A stretch of 64,000 bases of DNA from Candidatus Heimdallarchaeota archaeon (GCA_030603365.1 JAUVXV010000009.1:80568-144567); one strand, 5' to 3'. Positions 1 to 10,243 are shown, counted from the stretch's first letter. Program-made: numbers and translations. The notes: a model not told the origin generated them from the letters alone.

Positions 1-1
1 T

Positions 2-796
2 CTGTATTGGTTATGGCTGTACTCACTATTTCCATTACTTGCGCCAGTATCTGAAGGTTATCCTGGATTCATGTTAAGTGATGCTTGGTCAGATAAAGCC
101 TTAATGACTTCATCTGCATCTTGGGCAGAATTAAGACACGATACAATTTTGTACGCTAAACAATCCTATACCCTTGAAACTTCAATGCCTGAGATTAGAA
201 AAGGATATGTTGAACCCTATCCTGAAGTTTATGCAAGATTAGCAAGTTTAGTTAGGCTTATGCAATCAGGTTTGGAAGAACGAGATCTATTCTTTGGTAG
301 TTTCAGTAGTAAATTACTATATATTGCTGAGATATTTGATAGACTTGTTGAACTTAGTATCAAAGAATTGGAAAATATACCACTTTCCATCGCTGATATT
401 GATTACATAAATACTGTTGCTATTCTAATTGAAGAAGCCGCAAGCTTCCATGATCCTGACGCAGAAGATTGGGTGAGTGAAGCAGATGATAGAATGGCTG
501 TAATAGCAGATGTACATACAGATCCTAATACAGGAAATGTTCTAGAAGTAGCATCAGGAGATCCTTTTGTAATATACGTAGTTGTTCAAGATGAGGATGG
601 AAATCTTAGATTAGCTAGAGGAGGAACTTTCTCTTATTATGAATTCCATCACCCAATGGTTGATAGATTAACTGATGAAGGTTGGCAGGAAATGTTAGAT
701 ACTAATCCTCCACCTTTACCTGAATGGATGTTAAGCTCACTACCTTTAGTGAATAGTGCACCATCGCTGATTTTTCATGCAAGAAGAGAGGACTAA
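2..796 (+). CDS. DUF3160-domain protein, C-terminal part (5' end lies outside the window)
   Basis: Frame is open from nt 2 (LYWLWLYSLFPLL...). Motifs WAELRHDTILYAKQ, YVEPYP, ADVHTDPN, SYYEF, RLTDEGW. Paralog of 55011..57248. Confidence 0.85.
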   Translation: MYWLWLYSLFPLLAPVSEGYPGFMLSDAWSDKALMTSSASWAELRHDTILYAKQSYTLETSMPEIRKGYVEPYPEVYARLASLVRLMQSGLEERDLFFGSFSSKLLYIAEIFDRLVELSIKELENIPLSIADIDYINTVAILIEEAASFHDPDAEDWVSEADDRMAVIADVHTDPNTGNVLEVASGDPFVIYVVVQDEDGNLRLARGGTFSYYEFHHPMVDRLTDEGWQEMLDTNPPPLPEWMLSSLPLVNSAPSLIFHARRED

Positions 797-905
797 TTTC
801 TTCTCCCTTTCTCTTTTTTTATTTTTATTCTAACATATTGTTTATAATTGAATTTACTTATAATCAAGTTTAAGCATCACAGAAAAATCAGTTGAGGAAT
901 TTCAT

Positions 906-1565
906 TTGGACAAAAATGAGTTTTTATCCAATGTTCAGAAAAAAGTTGGTAATTTCAGGGATTTAGCTGTATTCAATCAAAGTTATATTCGTCCCAATGT
1001 TATCTACCGTTCTTCTTCACCAATTCCTCATCAGTCACCTGAGCTTCTTGAAGAATTTAAAGAACTAGGGATAAACAGTATTATTGATCTGAGATCAGCT
1101 ATTGAGATAGGCCATGCTACCTATGATGATGATTTTTTGAAAACTATCAATTATTATTGGGTACATATCGATATCTCTATACCTCCTGATGTGATACTGA
1201 GAGAAGGACAAAGTGAACTTACATTTTACAAGCAATTTTGTTGGTACACCTTATTTTATAATAAACAACAGATTAGAAGAGTATTCGATATTCTTTCTCG
1301 TTCAGAGAACTTGGCAACAGTTATTCATTGTCATGCAGGTCGAGATAGAACTGGAGTAATATCTAGCTTAATTTTATTGCTTCTAAATGCTCCTGAACCG
1401 AATATCATCCAAGATTATCTCGCAACAGATGAATTTACTCTAAGTGAAGATATTGAATACATTGTTGGTGAGATTAACAAGCTAGGTGGGATTATGGAAT
1501 ACTTAGTCAGTTGTGGTTTACAGGAGGAAACTTTGGAAGGAATGATTGAACAACTCCGTCCTTAA
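906..1565 (+). CDS. Tyrosine/dual-specificity protein phosphatase (PtpB/Y_phosphatase3-like)
   Basis: GNFRD, IIDLRS and P-loop HCHAGRDRTG. Confidence 0.85.
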   Translation: MDKNEFLSNVQKKVGNFRDLAVFNQSYIRPNVIYRSSSPIPHQSPELLEEFKELGINSIIDLRSAIEIGHATYDDDFLKTINYYWVHIDISIPPDVILREGQSELTFYKQFCWYTLFYNKQQIRRVFDILSRSENLATVIHCHAGRDRTGVISSLILLLLNAPEPNIIQDYLATDEFTLSEDIEYIVGEINKLGGIMEYLVSCGLQEETLEGMIEQLRP

Positions 1566-1639
1566 ATTAAGTGAAACTGTTTTCATATTCCAAAAGAGTT
1601 ATTTGATACTTATTCTAATCCTACATATCGTTGTTCTAA

Positions 1640-3025
1640 ATGGATTTGAAAAGAATGAATGATGCTGTAAATGAGAGTGTGATTCTAGTTGATGAAAATA
1701 TCCTATCCTATCCAGTTATAACATCAAAAATGAAAGTTATTCTTCTGCTTATATCTGCATTTGGTACTGCAGCTAGAATGATTGGACGAATGTTTGTAGA
1801 AATGTATGCTGTGGTTATTGGTTCTTCTAAAACTGCTATTTCATTGATTACTTCAATTAGGAATTTGATTACATTAGCTTTTCAATCCTCTTTTGGAAGA
1901 ATATCTGATTTCTTGGGAAGAAAAGTCATGATTCTCATTGGTCTTTTTGGAGCAGGGATCTCTCTAGCCTTATTCCCATTAATACGAAACCAGTGGGTTT
2001 TGGTAGTAGGAGTATTCTTTTTTTCTCTTTGTTTTGCAATTTATAACCCCTCTTTCACAGCTTTGATTGGCGATTTGACAAAAAAAGAAAACAGAGCAGG
2101 ATTATTTAGTCTCTTAACACTTGTGGGTTCTCTAGCTTCTTTTATAGGACTTCTTCTTATAGGTGAATTGAGTGATTTAGTTCAACCTCATTTAACTCAA
2201 TACAGTCATATACATCTGTCTTCAATGGGGGATTTAATTCTTTCTTATACCAAATTTGGGTATGGGTTTGAATCTGATTTTTTGAGTGTTTTTCAGCACA
2301 ATCAGTATTCGGTTATCCTTTATTTAGCAGCATGTCTCTTCATCATTACTGGAATAATCAGTGTCCTCTTAACTGATCCACCTACTGAAAAATTAGCAGA
2401 GAGATCTGTCCTTTCCTTTACACCATTGAAGGAAAACAAAAGATTCAGACGTTTTGTAATCGTTGGTTCAACAATGGGTTTTGTTATGTCTCTTGGTTGG
2501 CCTATCTTTCCATTTGTGAGAGTTAACTATGCAACACCGAAAGAGAATACTTGGATATGGGCTACATTTAGTATTGTTATGATGCTTACACTTCTTATAA
2601 CAAGACCTTTTATAGATAAAATGAAAAGAAAATGGGCATTGTTCATTGGTCGTTGTTTTATGTTTTTCATACCTTTGAATCTAGCTTTAACAGCGATGTA
2701 TCTGCCAACTTGGTGGTTTATGGCGATAGGTGCAGGAATTAGCGGATTTGGTAATTCATTTTATTTTGTTGCAGAAAGCAGTTATGCTCTAGATTGTGCT
2801 CCTGAGAAAGAAAAAGGTACTTACACAGGTTTGTTTTATCTATTTCTTGGGATAGCAACTTTCTTCGGATCATTATTATCTGGACTTCTAGCTGATTTGG
2901 TAGAAAATTATCTAGGAGAACTTAATACAATAATTTTATTCTTATGGATAATAACAGGAGCAAGATTCTTAGCTTCTTTTGGTTTTCTCTTTCTAAAAGA
3001 ACCGATGAACACCAGGAATGGTTGA
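1640..3025 (+). CDS. MFS transporter
   Basis: Motif A GRISDFLGRK; about 12 hydrophobic segments. Confidence 0.85.
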   Translation: MDLKRMNDAVNESVILVDENILSYPVITSKMKVILLLISAFGTAARMIGRMFVEMYAVVIGSSKTAISLITSIRNLITLAFQSSFGRISDFLGRKVMILIGLFGAGISLALFPLIRNQWVLVVGVFFFSLCFAIYNPSFTALIGDLTKKENRAGLFSLLTLVGSLASFIGLLLIGELSDLVQPHLTQYSHIHLSSMGDLILSYTKFGYGFESDFLSVFQHNQYSVILYLAACLFIITGIISVLLTDPPTEKLAERSVLSFTPLKENKRFRRFVIVGSTMGFVMSLGWPIFPFVRVNYATPKENTWIWATFSIVMMLTLLITRPFIDKMKRKWALFIGRCFMFFIPLNLALTAMYLPTWWFMAIGAGISGFGNSFYFVAESSYALDCAPEKEKGTYTGLFYLFLGIATFFGSLLSGLLADLVENYLGELNTIILFLWIITGARFLASFGFLFLKEPMNTRNG

Positions 3026-3182
3026 AATTTTTGTAATTCAAGCCCTCAATGGATATTAAAGAGTAAAAGAACCAGTAAATTCTTGCCTTGGTTTACAAAG
3101 AAGAAATGAGAGAATAATTCTATCTCTTCCTTCTCTATCTTGCGTATTCGAAAAGTAATTAAATACTTGAGATGGATATATT

Positions 3183-3461
3183 TTGTCGGAAATGTTCTTT
3201 AGAAAAACCCCCCAACCAAATTATAGACGCGAAGAATCTTCAGAAACTGATACAGATACGCATCTTAAAGGACATTATTTTAGACACTCTCTCGAACTAA
3301 GGGAATTGGAATTTCAATCCCAAGAATATCAAAAGTTAGCTGAACGATTGATAAGGGAAGGACAGCTTGGACCTGTTAATGAAATTAACAGAGAAAGAGC
3401 TAAATGTAATGCAAGGATTACTGAGTTGAGAGAACTTTTACTCAAGATGCAAGGTGTGTAA
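3183..3461 (+). CDS. Small hypothetical coiled-coil protein (start may be ATG 3192)
   Basis: Charged, helical-looking ORF filling the intergenic gap; no recognisable family. Confidence 0.55.
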   Translation: MSEMFFRKTPQPNYRREESSETDTDTHLKGHYFRHSLELRELEFQSQEYQKLAERLIREGQLGPVNEINRERAKCNARITELRELLLKMQGV

Positions 3462-3538
3462 AATCTTTTTAATTGCATATGTTTATAATTATTCTTGCTC
3501 AATGAAGTTTCAGAATTAAAAATTGAGTGATGATAAAT

Positions 3539-4732
3539 ATGAGTATAGGATTTTGCACCCATTGTGGTGCCCGACTTGCTGAGCAAGCTGATTTCTGTAA
3601 TAATTGTGGCGCACAGATTGAGATGATTAATGGAGTTCCGGCTGCAAAGCCAATAAAAACTGATCCTTATCCGGATTCAGCTCCTCCAACACAACCTGTC
3701 ACCTCTGCTCAAACTTATGTTCCACCCAAGGGACCTAGACCTATAAAGCAGCGTCCTAAGATAATTGGTTTTGCTGTTGGAGCAATCTTTCTAATAACCA
3801 TACCTTTTATTGTCTTTGCTGCACTTGGTTTCTTGAATTTCACTCTTATTGGAACATTGGATTTTGAGGTTGATTCTTTTGCTGAAACTAATGTAATTCT
3901 AGATATTGATAATGACGTTGGTTCAGTTGAAATATATTATGACCCCACCCTTACTAATCTTTTTGAAGCAACTCTGGATGTTTGGGGAAGACCTGGATCG
4001 GAAATAGCTGATGCTGTTAATTTTGAACTTACGAATTATACTGTAGATGCTATTACAGTTAGTTTTGTATCTGGAGATAGAGTTTTCTGGTACTGGGATA
4101 AGCAAACCTTCAACTACGATATTGTAATATATATCCATCCAACCGCAGTTGTAGATTATGATATAGATGCAGGAACTGGGTCGATATCATTAGACACAGA
4201 TTCAGAAGATAATCTTGTAATAGAGAATATTTTCTTAAATTCAGGTACAGGTACACTTACTTTAGATATGGCAGGTTCAGTAAACAGTTCTGTTGAAGAT
4301 TTGTACATCAATACTGGTACTGGCAGTATAAATGCTAATTTAGGTACTTCAACAAGTTTGAACACTTCTGAAGTACTAATACAAACAGGAACTGGAACCA
4401 TTACTTTTGCTTATGAGGATCTAATTGTTAATGGTGACATAACATGGGTTTTGGATACTGGTACAGGTTCCATTTATATGGATATCACACAAAATGTGGT
4501 GTTGCCCTTTCCTTATGAAACAATTATTCTAGCTGAATCAGGTACAGGAAGCATTAGTTTAGCTTTAACCTTAGACTCTTCAATAGGGTATAGTGTTACA
4601 GCTACTACTGGTACAGGATCGATTAATGTTTTTGGTTCTGAAAATGATTATGAATCTGCAAACTATGATACAGCTGACAATATCTATACTATTATACTTG
4701 ATACTGGAACAGGAAGTATAACAGCTACCTAA
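3539..4732 (+). CDS. Zinc ribbon + TM + adhesin-like (DUF4097-type) beta-repeat protein
   Basis: N-terminal CTHC..CNNC, Pro-rich linker, one TM, eight (T/S/A)GTG(S/T)(I/L) repeats. Confidence 0.75.
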   Translation: MSIGFCTHCGARLAEQADFCNNCGAQIEMINGVPAAKPIKTDPYPDSAPPTQPVTSAQTYVPPKGPRPIKQRPKIIGFAVGAIFLITIPFIVFAALGFLNFTLIGTLDFEVDSFAETNVILDIDNDVGSVEIYYDPTLTNLFEATLDVWGRPGSEIADAVNFELTNYTVDAITVSFVSGDRVFWYWDKQTFNYDIVIYIHPTAVVDYDIDAGTGSISLDTDSEDNLVIENIFLNSGTGTLTLDMAGSVNSSVEDLYINTGTGSINANLGTSTSLNTSEVLIQTGTGTITFAYEDLIVNGDITWVLDTGTGSIYMDITQNVVLPFPYETIILAESGTGSISLALTLDSSIGYSVTATTGTGSINVFGSENDYESANYDTADNIYTIILDTGTGSITAT

Positions 4733-4764
4733 GAATAAGGGATAATTCCCTTTTTACTTATTTT

Positions 4765-5196
4765 TTATAATTTATCGATTAATTCTTTTGCAATGAGACT
4801 TGCTGTTTCAACTGCTTGATCACAGCTTGCTTTTCTTTTGGGATGATCCACATCTATTGAACCATCTGGCAAGAAGAAATCTTTCAAAATTTCTCTACAA
4901 TAGAGCGTTCCATTTTTTTCCATAAATTTATCTTTAAATGCCCTAAACACTTCCTTCTTCTTTTCATCTTCAATATTCTTCTCGACTAGTAATGTACTTA
5001 TTGCTGCTAACGCTCCTGTAACTGCACCACAAATAGATCTCTCTCCAGTTCCACCTCCAAATGGCAATAAAGCTTTATCTAAAATCTCTGAAAGATTTTG
5101 ATAATTATAATAATCCAAAATCCCTCTAGCAGCTGCTCTAGCGCAATTAAAATCATTTTCCCAATATTTCCTAGTCTCGTCAACAATATTCTTCAT
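4765..5196 (-). CDS. C-GCAxxG-C-C family redox-active protein
   Basis: FNCA, FGGG..ICGAVTG, LYCREI, final Cys. Confidence 0.85.
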   Translation of the reverse strand: MKNIVDETRKYWENDFNCARAAARGILDYYNYQNLSEILDKALLPFGGGTGERSICGAVTGALAAISTLLVEKNIEDEKKKEVFRAFKDKFMEKNGTLYCREILKDFFLPDGSIDVDHPKRKASCDQAVETASLIAKELIDKL

Positions 5197-5245
5197 TCTA
5201 ACAGAGTGCTATATGCTTGTTCTTTAAGAATTTCTGAATGGATAT

Positions 5246-5332
5246 TTAAAAAATAGGTTCTCCACAACTATTACAAAACTCAGATCCCTCTTCTAGTTTT
5301 TTTCCACAATGGATGCAAAAGCTTGGTTCCAT
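5246..5332 (-). CDS. 28-aa stand-alone zinc-ribbon microprotein (absent from the ORF track)
   Basis: Manual translation MEPSFCIHCGKKLEEGSEFCNSCGEPIF*; GTGAT RBS-like sequence just upstream and TATA-like CTATATATG about 30 nt upstream. Confidence 0.7.
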   Translation of the reverse strand: MEPSFCIHCGKKLEEGSEFCNSCGEPIF

Positions 5333-5399
5333 ATTATCACAAACAAATAAAAGAACCTCTTCATATATAGTGCTTTCAGAATCAAGGATCTTTTCTAAT

Positions 5400-6014
5400 T
5401 CAATCGTTTTCATGTGATAAATGATTAGTATCGTTGAATTTTATTATGTTTATTTTTCCATTTGGGTATAATTTTATATGAGAAACGGAGCATGGTTCTA
5501 CATAAAAATCCCAATAATGAGAAGGATGGGTTTCTGTTAAGTATACAAATATCAAGTTAATAGCAGCTCCATGACTTACCAAAACGACTTTCTCCTCTTC
5601 TTGTTCCCTTAATCTTAGAAATAGTCTATGAATCCTATCTAATACTTGATAAAAAGTTTCTCCACCTGGAATTAAAACATCATTAGGGTTAGTTTTCCAT
5701 TTTTCCATTAATGCCCTATGAAAAACATCACTGCCTTTTTTTCCTTCCCAATCACCAAAAGAAATATCCAGAAGATATGGTTCTTCTATAAATCGAGCTT
5801 TGTCTTGATGGCTTTTTATCTCTTCAGCTGTAACTTTAGCCCGTGATAACCTGCTGTAATAGATTACATCTACAGGAATTTTGGATAATACTTCTCCTAC
5901 TTCTTTAGCATGCTGAACTCCTAGTTCTGACAATGAAACGTCTACTCTACCTCTAATTCGTTCCTCCCCTAAATTAAATGCTGTTTCTCCATGTCTGACA
6001 ATATAGATTTCCAT
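5400..6014 (-). CDS. Histidine phosphatase (phosphoglycerate mutase) family protein
   Basis: RHGET, FGDWEG, PGGET, VSHG. Confidence 0.9.
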   Translation of the reverse strand: MEIYIVRHGETAFNLGEERIRGRVDVSLSELGVQHAKEVGEVLSKIPVDVIYYSRLSRAKVTAEEIKSHQDKARFIEEPYLLDISFGDWEGKKGSDVFHRALMEKWKTNPNDVLIPGGETFYQVLDRIHRLFLRLREQEEEKVVLVSHGAAINLIFVYLTETHPSHYWDFYVEPCSVSHIKLYPNGKINIIKFNDTNHLSHEND

Positions 6015-6080
6015 TTTTTACCACAAAATTTGTCTTTTAGGACGAAACAATATTATAGTTCTTGAATATTTCTCAATTAG

Positions 6081-6917
6081 ATGCATGAATTCATGAATAA
6101 AGAATGGATGAATGATTATGAGAAAAACTATTCTCTCTATAAGAAGGAATGGGATTTCCATTATCAGCAAATAAGCGATTTTATTCACTCTTGTTTACCT
6201 CATAGAGTTAGTCACTGGGGTTTTATAGGCGTAACTAATACTATCCCTGAAATTGATTCAAGAATATTGCATAGAATCTCAAAAATCACTCTTTTAGACA
6301 TAAATGATGAAGCTTTAAAACGGGCAAGAATCCATCTAGCTTCCGTATTTGAATTTCCTAATGTTGTGGTTCAGAGGTTTGATAATACTTGTGGTTTAAT
6401 GGAACAGATATTAGATGTTTTTACTCAATCTGACAACCAAGAGACATCTGAAAAGAAACTATTAGAATATCTAAATGATATAGAAATTTCAAAGGATTTA
6501 GTATATCCAAACTCCCAGGAAAACAACAGAAAGTATGATTTTATTACTCATCTGGGTATAATGGACTACTATCTAATGCCAGTATTCACCAAATATTGTT
6601 CTTCTTTTCAAAAGAATAATGATGAATTCTATCAAGTAATGAAGAAACTCAATGATTTTTCTGTTAGAATCTCTTTAGGATTTTTACATCATATGCTGGA
6701 TAAAAATGGACAACTTATTATCTCCACTCCAATTTCAAGAGCACCTGAAGGAGATCCGTGTAACCGTTCTCTATTTTGGTTAACACCTATTGAAGATATA
6801 ATAGAGGAAAGTGGATTCATAATACAAAATAGAACATCACATAAGTGGGATGAATTTCCTGTTGAAGGGGGACATTTCCATCAAATATTGAATGTTTCTT
6901 GTGTAAAAAAGAGATAA
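6081..6917 (+). CDS. Hypothetical protein, possibly divergent class I SAM-methyltransferase fold
   Basis: ITLLDINDEAL, YDFI and GQLIISTP resemble MTase strands; glycine motif is poorly conserved. Confidence 0.5.
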   Translation: MHEFMNKEWMNDYEKNYSLYKKEWDFHYQQISDFIHSCLPHRVSHWGFIGVTNTIPEIDSRILHRISKITLLDINDEALKRARIHLASVFEFPNVVVQRFDNTCGLMEQILDVFTQSDNQETSEKKLLEYLNDIEISKDLVYPNSQENNRKYDFITHLGIMDYYLMPVFTKYCSSFQKNNDEFYQVMKKLNDFSVRISLGFLHHMLDKNGQLIISTPISRAPEGDPCNRSLFWLTPIEDIIEESGFIIQNRTSHKWDEFPVEGGHFHQILNVSCVKKR

Positions 6918-6952
6918 GAGAGGAGTAATATGAGAGTGTGAACTCCCATACT

Positions 6953-8020
6953 TCAAGCAACTTTATTTCTCCTAAAGACCAAAACTAAACCAGTTAATAT
7001 CAAGAAGCTTATTGCTGAAACAATCAGAAGCTCATTTTGAGACACTAAGGGGAGATTTACCCAAGAACCTATTAGTGGATCAATTGTTGGTGAGTCTAAT
7101 CCTGTTAATATGCCAGATAAGCCAATTTTTGGATCATGAATGATATCACTTCCTCTCGGATAGTTAAAATACATTCTGTAGTCTTCTCCATCGTATTCCA
7201 GAGGAGTTACTTTTACTTCATATTCAACATCATCTACTGTTACTGTTTCTATCCAAGAGAAGAATCCACTGTAATCGGCTAGATTTACTTCTATCTCGTG
7301 TTCATCATCCGAATAACCATATTCTTCATCTTCTGTCTCTTCATCATCTTCATAATCAACATCTAGTTCAGACTCGAGTTCTACTTTGAGAGCTAGTTGT
7401 GTGTCAAGCTCATCATAATCAAAATCATGAATACCGATGTCTATTTTCATCTGAGTAGGAGCTATAACAACTCCAGAAATATTTGCAAAATCACCTGTAA
7501 TATAAAGTGTAGAAGTAAATATGTCATCTGTTGTTTCGATAAAGAAAACATGAACTGTTTCATTATCAATTGTTTCAGTAGTATAGATTATAGGCTTGAA
7601 ATCATCAAGTTCGAGGGTTTTAATCACATCATCTGATGCATTATAAATCCCATCTGAACTGAGATCTCTAAATTCAATGATTTCAGTGAACCTCACTTCG
7701 AATTCTATTTCAGTTTCTAGCGTATCATTGTCCTCTTCAAACTCTAATTCAATCACTAAACCATCTGACCCAACTGTAACCTGAATCTGGAATTCATTGT
7801 CTATACCGTTATTTTCTATTGAAGACGAGATTGTGACTTCATATGGAGCATATTCAATATCGACTTCTCTCCTATTTTCATCTTCAGTTTCATCATCTAT
7901 TCCATCTTCATCTTCATCTTCATGTGCGGTTACTGGCAAGTAAAGAAATGCAGAAAACACTAAAACTACTATTAATCCTCCTAAGAATAGTTTTTGTTTG
8001 TTTAGTAGTTTCGATTTCAT
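6953..8020 (-). CDS. Acidic secreted, C-terminally anchored surface protein (paralog 1)
   Basis: Signal peptide, D/E tracts, NYPRG.xIIHDPKIG, C-terminal TM + basic tail. Confidence 0.8.
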   Translation of the reverse strand: MKSKLLNKQKLFLGGLIVVLVFSAFLYLPVTAHEDEDEDGIDDETEDENRREVDIEYAPYEVTISSSIENNGIDNEFQIQVTVGSDGLVIELEFEEDNDTLETEIEFEVRFTEIIEFRDLSSDGIYNASDDVIKTLELDDFKPIIYTTETIDNETVHVFFIETTDDIFTSTLYITGDFANISGVVIAPTQMKIDIGIHDFDYDELDTQLALKVELESELDVDYEDDEETEDEEYGYSDDEHEIEVNLADYSGFFSWIETVTVDDVEYEVKVTPLEYDGEDYRMYFNYPRGSDIIHDPKIGLSGILTGLDSPTIDPLIGSWVNLPLVSQNELLIVSAISFLILTGLVLVFRRNKVA

Positions 8021-8080
8021 TTTTCTGTCACCAGATTTCTGCTTAATCCTATTTTATATAGAGTAAATAAATAGCTTAGC

Positions 8081-8118
8081 TTATAATATTCTGTAGTTTT
8101 AATTATAATTTTCTGTAG
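8081..8118. promoter_or_regulatory. Tandem operator-like repeat TTATAAT(A/T)TTCTGTAG, 22-bp period
   Basis: Copies at 8081-8096 and 8103-8118 differ at one position; upstream of paralog 1. Confidence 0.55.
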
Positions 8119-8160
8119 AATCATGTTCTAACGTCCTAAAAAGAAAAAAAAGAAGAGATA

Positions 8161-9207
8161 TTATCTCTTAAATCTTTTACGAAAGACTAAAACTAAACTA
8201 GTAAGTGTTAGTATAGTAGCAGCTGATATGATTAGTAAATTGTTATCTCCTAAGAAGGAAGTATTAATCTGAAGTAGGTTAGATACACCAATTTTAGGAT
8301 CATGAATGATTTCTGTACCTCTTGGATAGTTTAGATACATTTTGTTCTCTTCCAAAACCATTTCTAAAGGAGTAACTTTAACATCTACTTCTACACCATC
8401 GACCATTGCTGTTTCAATCCAAGAGAAGAATCCAGCATATTGCTCTAAACTAATTTCTATTTCCAGTTCATCTTCTGCATGGCCATATTCTTCATCTTCA
8501 GTCTCATCATCTTCCTCATAATCGACTTCTTGTTCTGATTCAAATTGAACTTTAAGTGCTAGTTGAGTATCAAGTTCAGTATAATTGAAGTTATGAATCC
8601 CCACATCTACCTTCACTTGCGTTGGAGCTACTATAACACCTTCAATATCAGCAAATTCACCTGTGGCATAAAGAGTAGCAGTAAATACTTTATCTGTAGT
8701 TTCAACAAACAGAACATGTACTGTTGCATTGTTTATTATTTCGACTGTATATTGAATGGGTTTGAAATCATCTAGTTTTAACACTTGAATTACCTCGTCT
8801 GAATCATTATAGATTCCATCTGCATTGAGATCTCTAAATTCAACAATTTCTCTGATTTTAACTTGAAATTCTATCTCTGTTTCAACTGTGTCGTTGTCTT
8901 CCTCAAATTCTAATTCAAGTATTAGACCATCAGACCCAACTTTAACCTGAACTTGGAATTCATTTTCTATTCCATTATTTTGTATCGAAGATTCTATCTG
9001 TACTTCATAATCAGAATATTCAACATGAACTTCTCGTTCGTTTTCATCTTCTATTCCATCTTCTATTCCATCATCATCTTCATCATCACCATCACTGTCT
9101 GCTAAAGCAGGCATGTACATGAAAGATGAGATGACTAATATTGCTACTAAACCACTCAAAAGCAGTTTTTGTTTGTATTTCAGTTGTGCTTTCATTGTTT
9201 TGAACAC
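8161..9207 (-). CDS. Acidic secreted, C-terminally anchored surface protein (paralog 2)
   Basis: Collinear with and clearly similar to 6953..8020. Confidence 0.8.
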   Translation of the reverse strand: MFKTMKAQLKYKQKLLLSGLVAILVISSFMYMPALADSDGDDEDDDGIEDGIEDENEREVHVEYSDYEVQIESSIQNNGIENEFQVQVKVGSDGLILELEFEEDNDTVETEIEFQVKIREIVEFRDLNADGIYNDSDEVIQVLKLDDFKPIQYTVEIINNATVHVLFVETTDKVFTATLYATGEFADIEGVIVAPTQVKVDVGIHNFNYTELDTQLALKVQFESEQEVDYEEDDETEDEEYGHAEDELEIEISLEQYAGFFSWIETAMVDGVEVDVKVTPLEMVLEENKMYLNYPRGTEIIHDPKIGVSNLLQINTSFLGDNNLLIISAATILTLTSLVLVFRKRFKR

Positions 9208-9266
9208 CTTTTTTCTTGTGGCTTAAATTGCTGAAACGCTCAATAAATAGATTAACTTATTCCGAA

Positions 9267-9316
9267 TTGTAGTTCGGGCTACAAAATGAGGTATATTTAA
9301 CTACACTTTTCTGTAG
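9267..9316. promoter_or_regulatory. Phased CTACA/TGTAG half-site array (operator-like)
   Basis: TGTAG 9268, CTACA 9279, CTACA 9301, TGTAG 9312 (11/22-bp phasing); CTACA-N6-TGTAG palindrome at 9301-9316. Confidence 0.55.
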
Positions 9317-9357
9317 GAACAAAGTTTTACAATCTCTAACTAATTTTCTTAATATGT

Positions 9358-10203
9358 TTACAAAAGAATGAAAATGAGGGTGAAAATTTGAGCATAACTT
9401 ACAATCATAGCAATAAGTGCAGATTTCTCAACTGAAAGCTCTTTTATTTCTCCAACTGCAGTAATTATAATCAAGAAACTCCAGATTTGAAAAACTCCAT
9501 GAAGAATTAGAAGCACTATTGATGGCACAACTATTGCTGTTCCACTAGCCCAACCTATGATGCCAACAATCACTGTAAATAGAAATGAAGGTAAGAAAAT
9601 TAGATTTGTTACGTTGATCAATGGAAATGTATTCTTATTTTTCTTGAAAGCGAATCTACTTAGAATTTCTGTGAAACCTGCGATAAATATCCAACTTCCA
9701 AGAAGACTGATATAACCAAGCCACAGAGGAACTTCATAGGAGATAACGAAGTTTCCAACAATAAGTATTTTACTTCCCCATCCAATGAACACACTTATTC
9801 CTGCTAGAATAACAAATTCAATTAATGCATGAACAGGATTTTTTGCAAAGAATCTAATCAATGGAGCTAGACTAAATTTCCATATGCTGAATACTTTAGG
9901 TTTTTCAGTTTCTTCAAAAACCTCATATTCTGGTTTTTCCTTGCCCTTGAGGATATTTAGAGCTTTTACGCCATCTTCTGATAAGAAATACTTCTTATTA
10001 TCCCCTTGATATACGAACTGTTTCATCTGACGAAGATGATGATAAAGAGGACCAGATTTAAGCTCGAAAGTTTCTGTAAGGTCAGTATATGTCGCTCCCC
10101 CTATTTCTTCAATGAACTCAAGAATCCTTCTCCTAATTGGATTAGAAAGAGCAGTAAACAATGCTTCTTCAATTTTAGAATCTTGAGACATATCTATCAA
10201 CAC
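9358..10203 (-). CDS. ArsR-like winged-HTH regulator fused to a multi-pass membrane domain
   Basis: FTALSNPIRRRIL..LYHHL at the N-terminus; about 5 TM helices at the C-terminus. Confidence 0.8.
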   Translation of the reverse strand: MLIDMSQDSKIEEALFTALSNPIRRRILEFIEEIGGATYTDLTETFELKSGPLYHHLRQMKQFVYQGDNKKYFLSEDGVKALNILKGKEKPEYEVFEETEKPKVFSIWKFSLAPLIRFFAKNPVHALIEFVILAGISVFIGWGSKILIVGNFVISYEVPLWLGYISLLGSWIFIAGFTEILSRFAFKKNKNTFPLINVTNLIFLPSFLFTVIVGIIGWASGTAIVVPSIVLLILHGVFQIWSFLIIITAVGEIKELSVEKSALIAMIVSYAQIFTLIFILL

Positions 10204-10243
10204 TATGTAATATTTTGTAGTCTCTCATAATATTTAGACTTTT

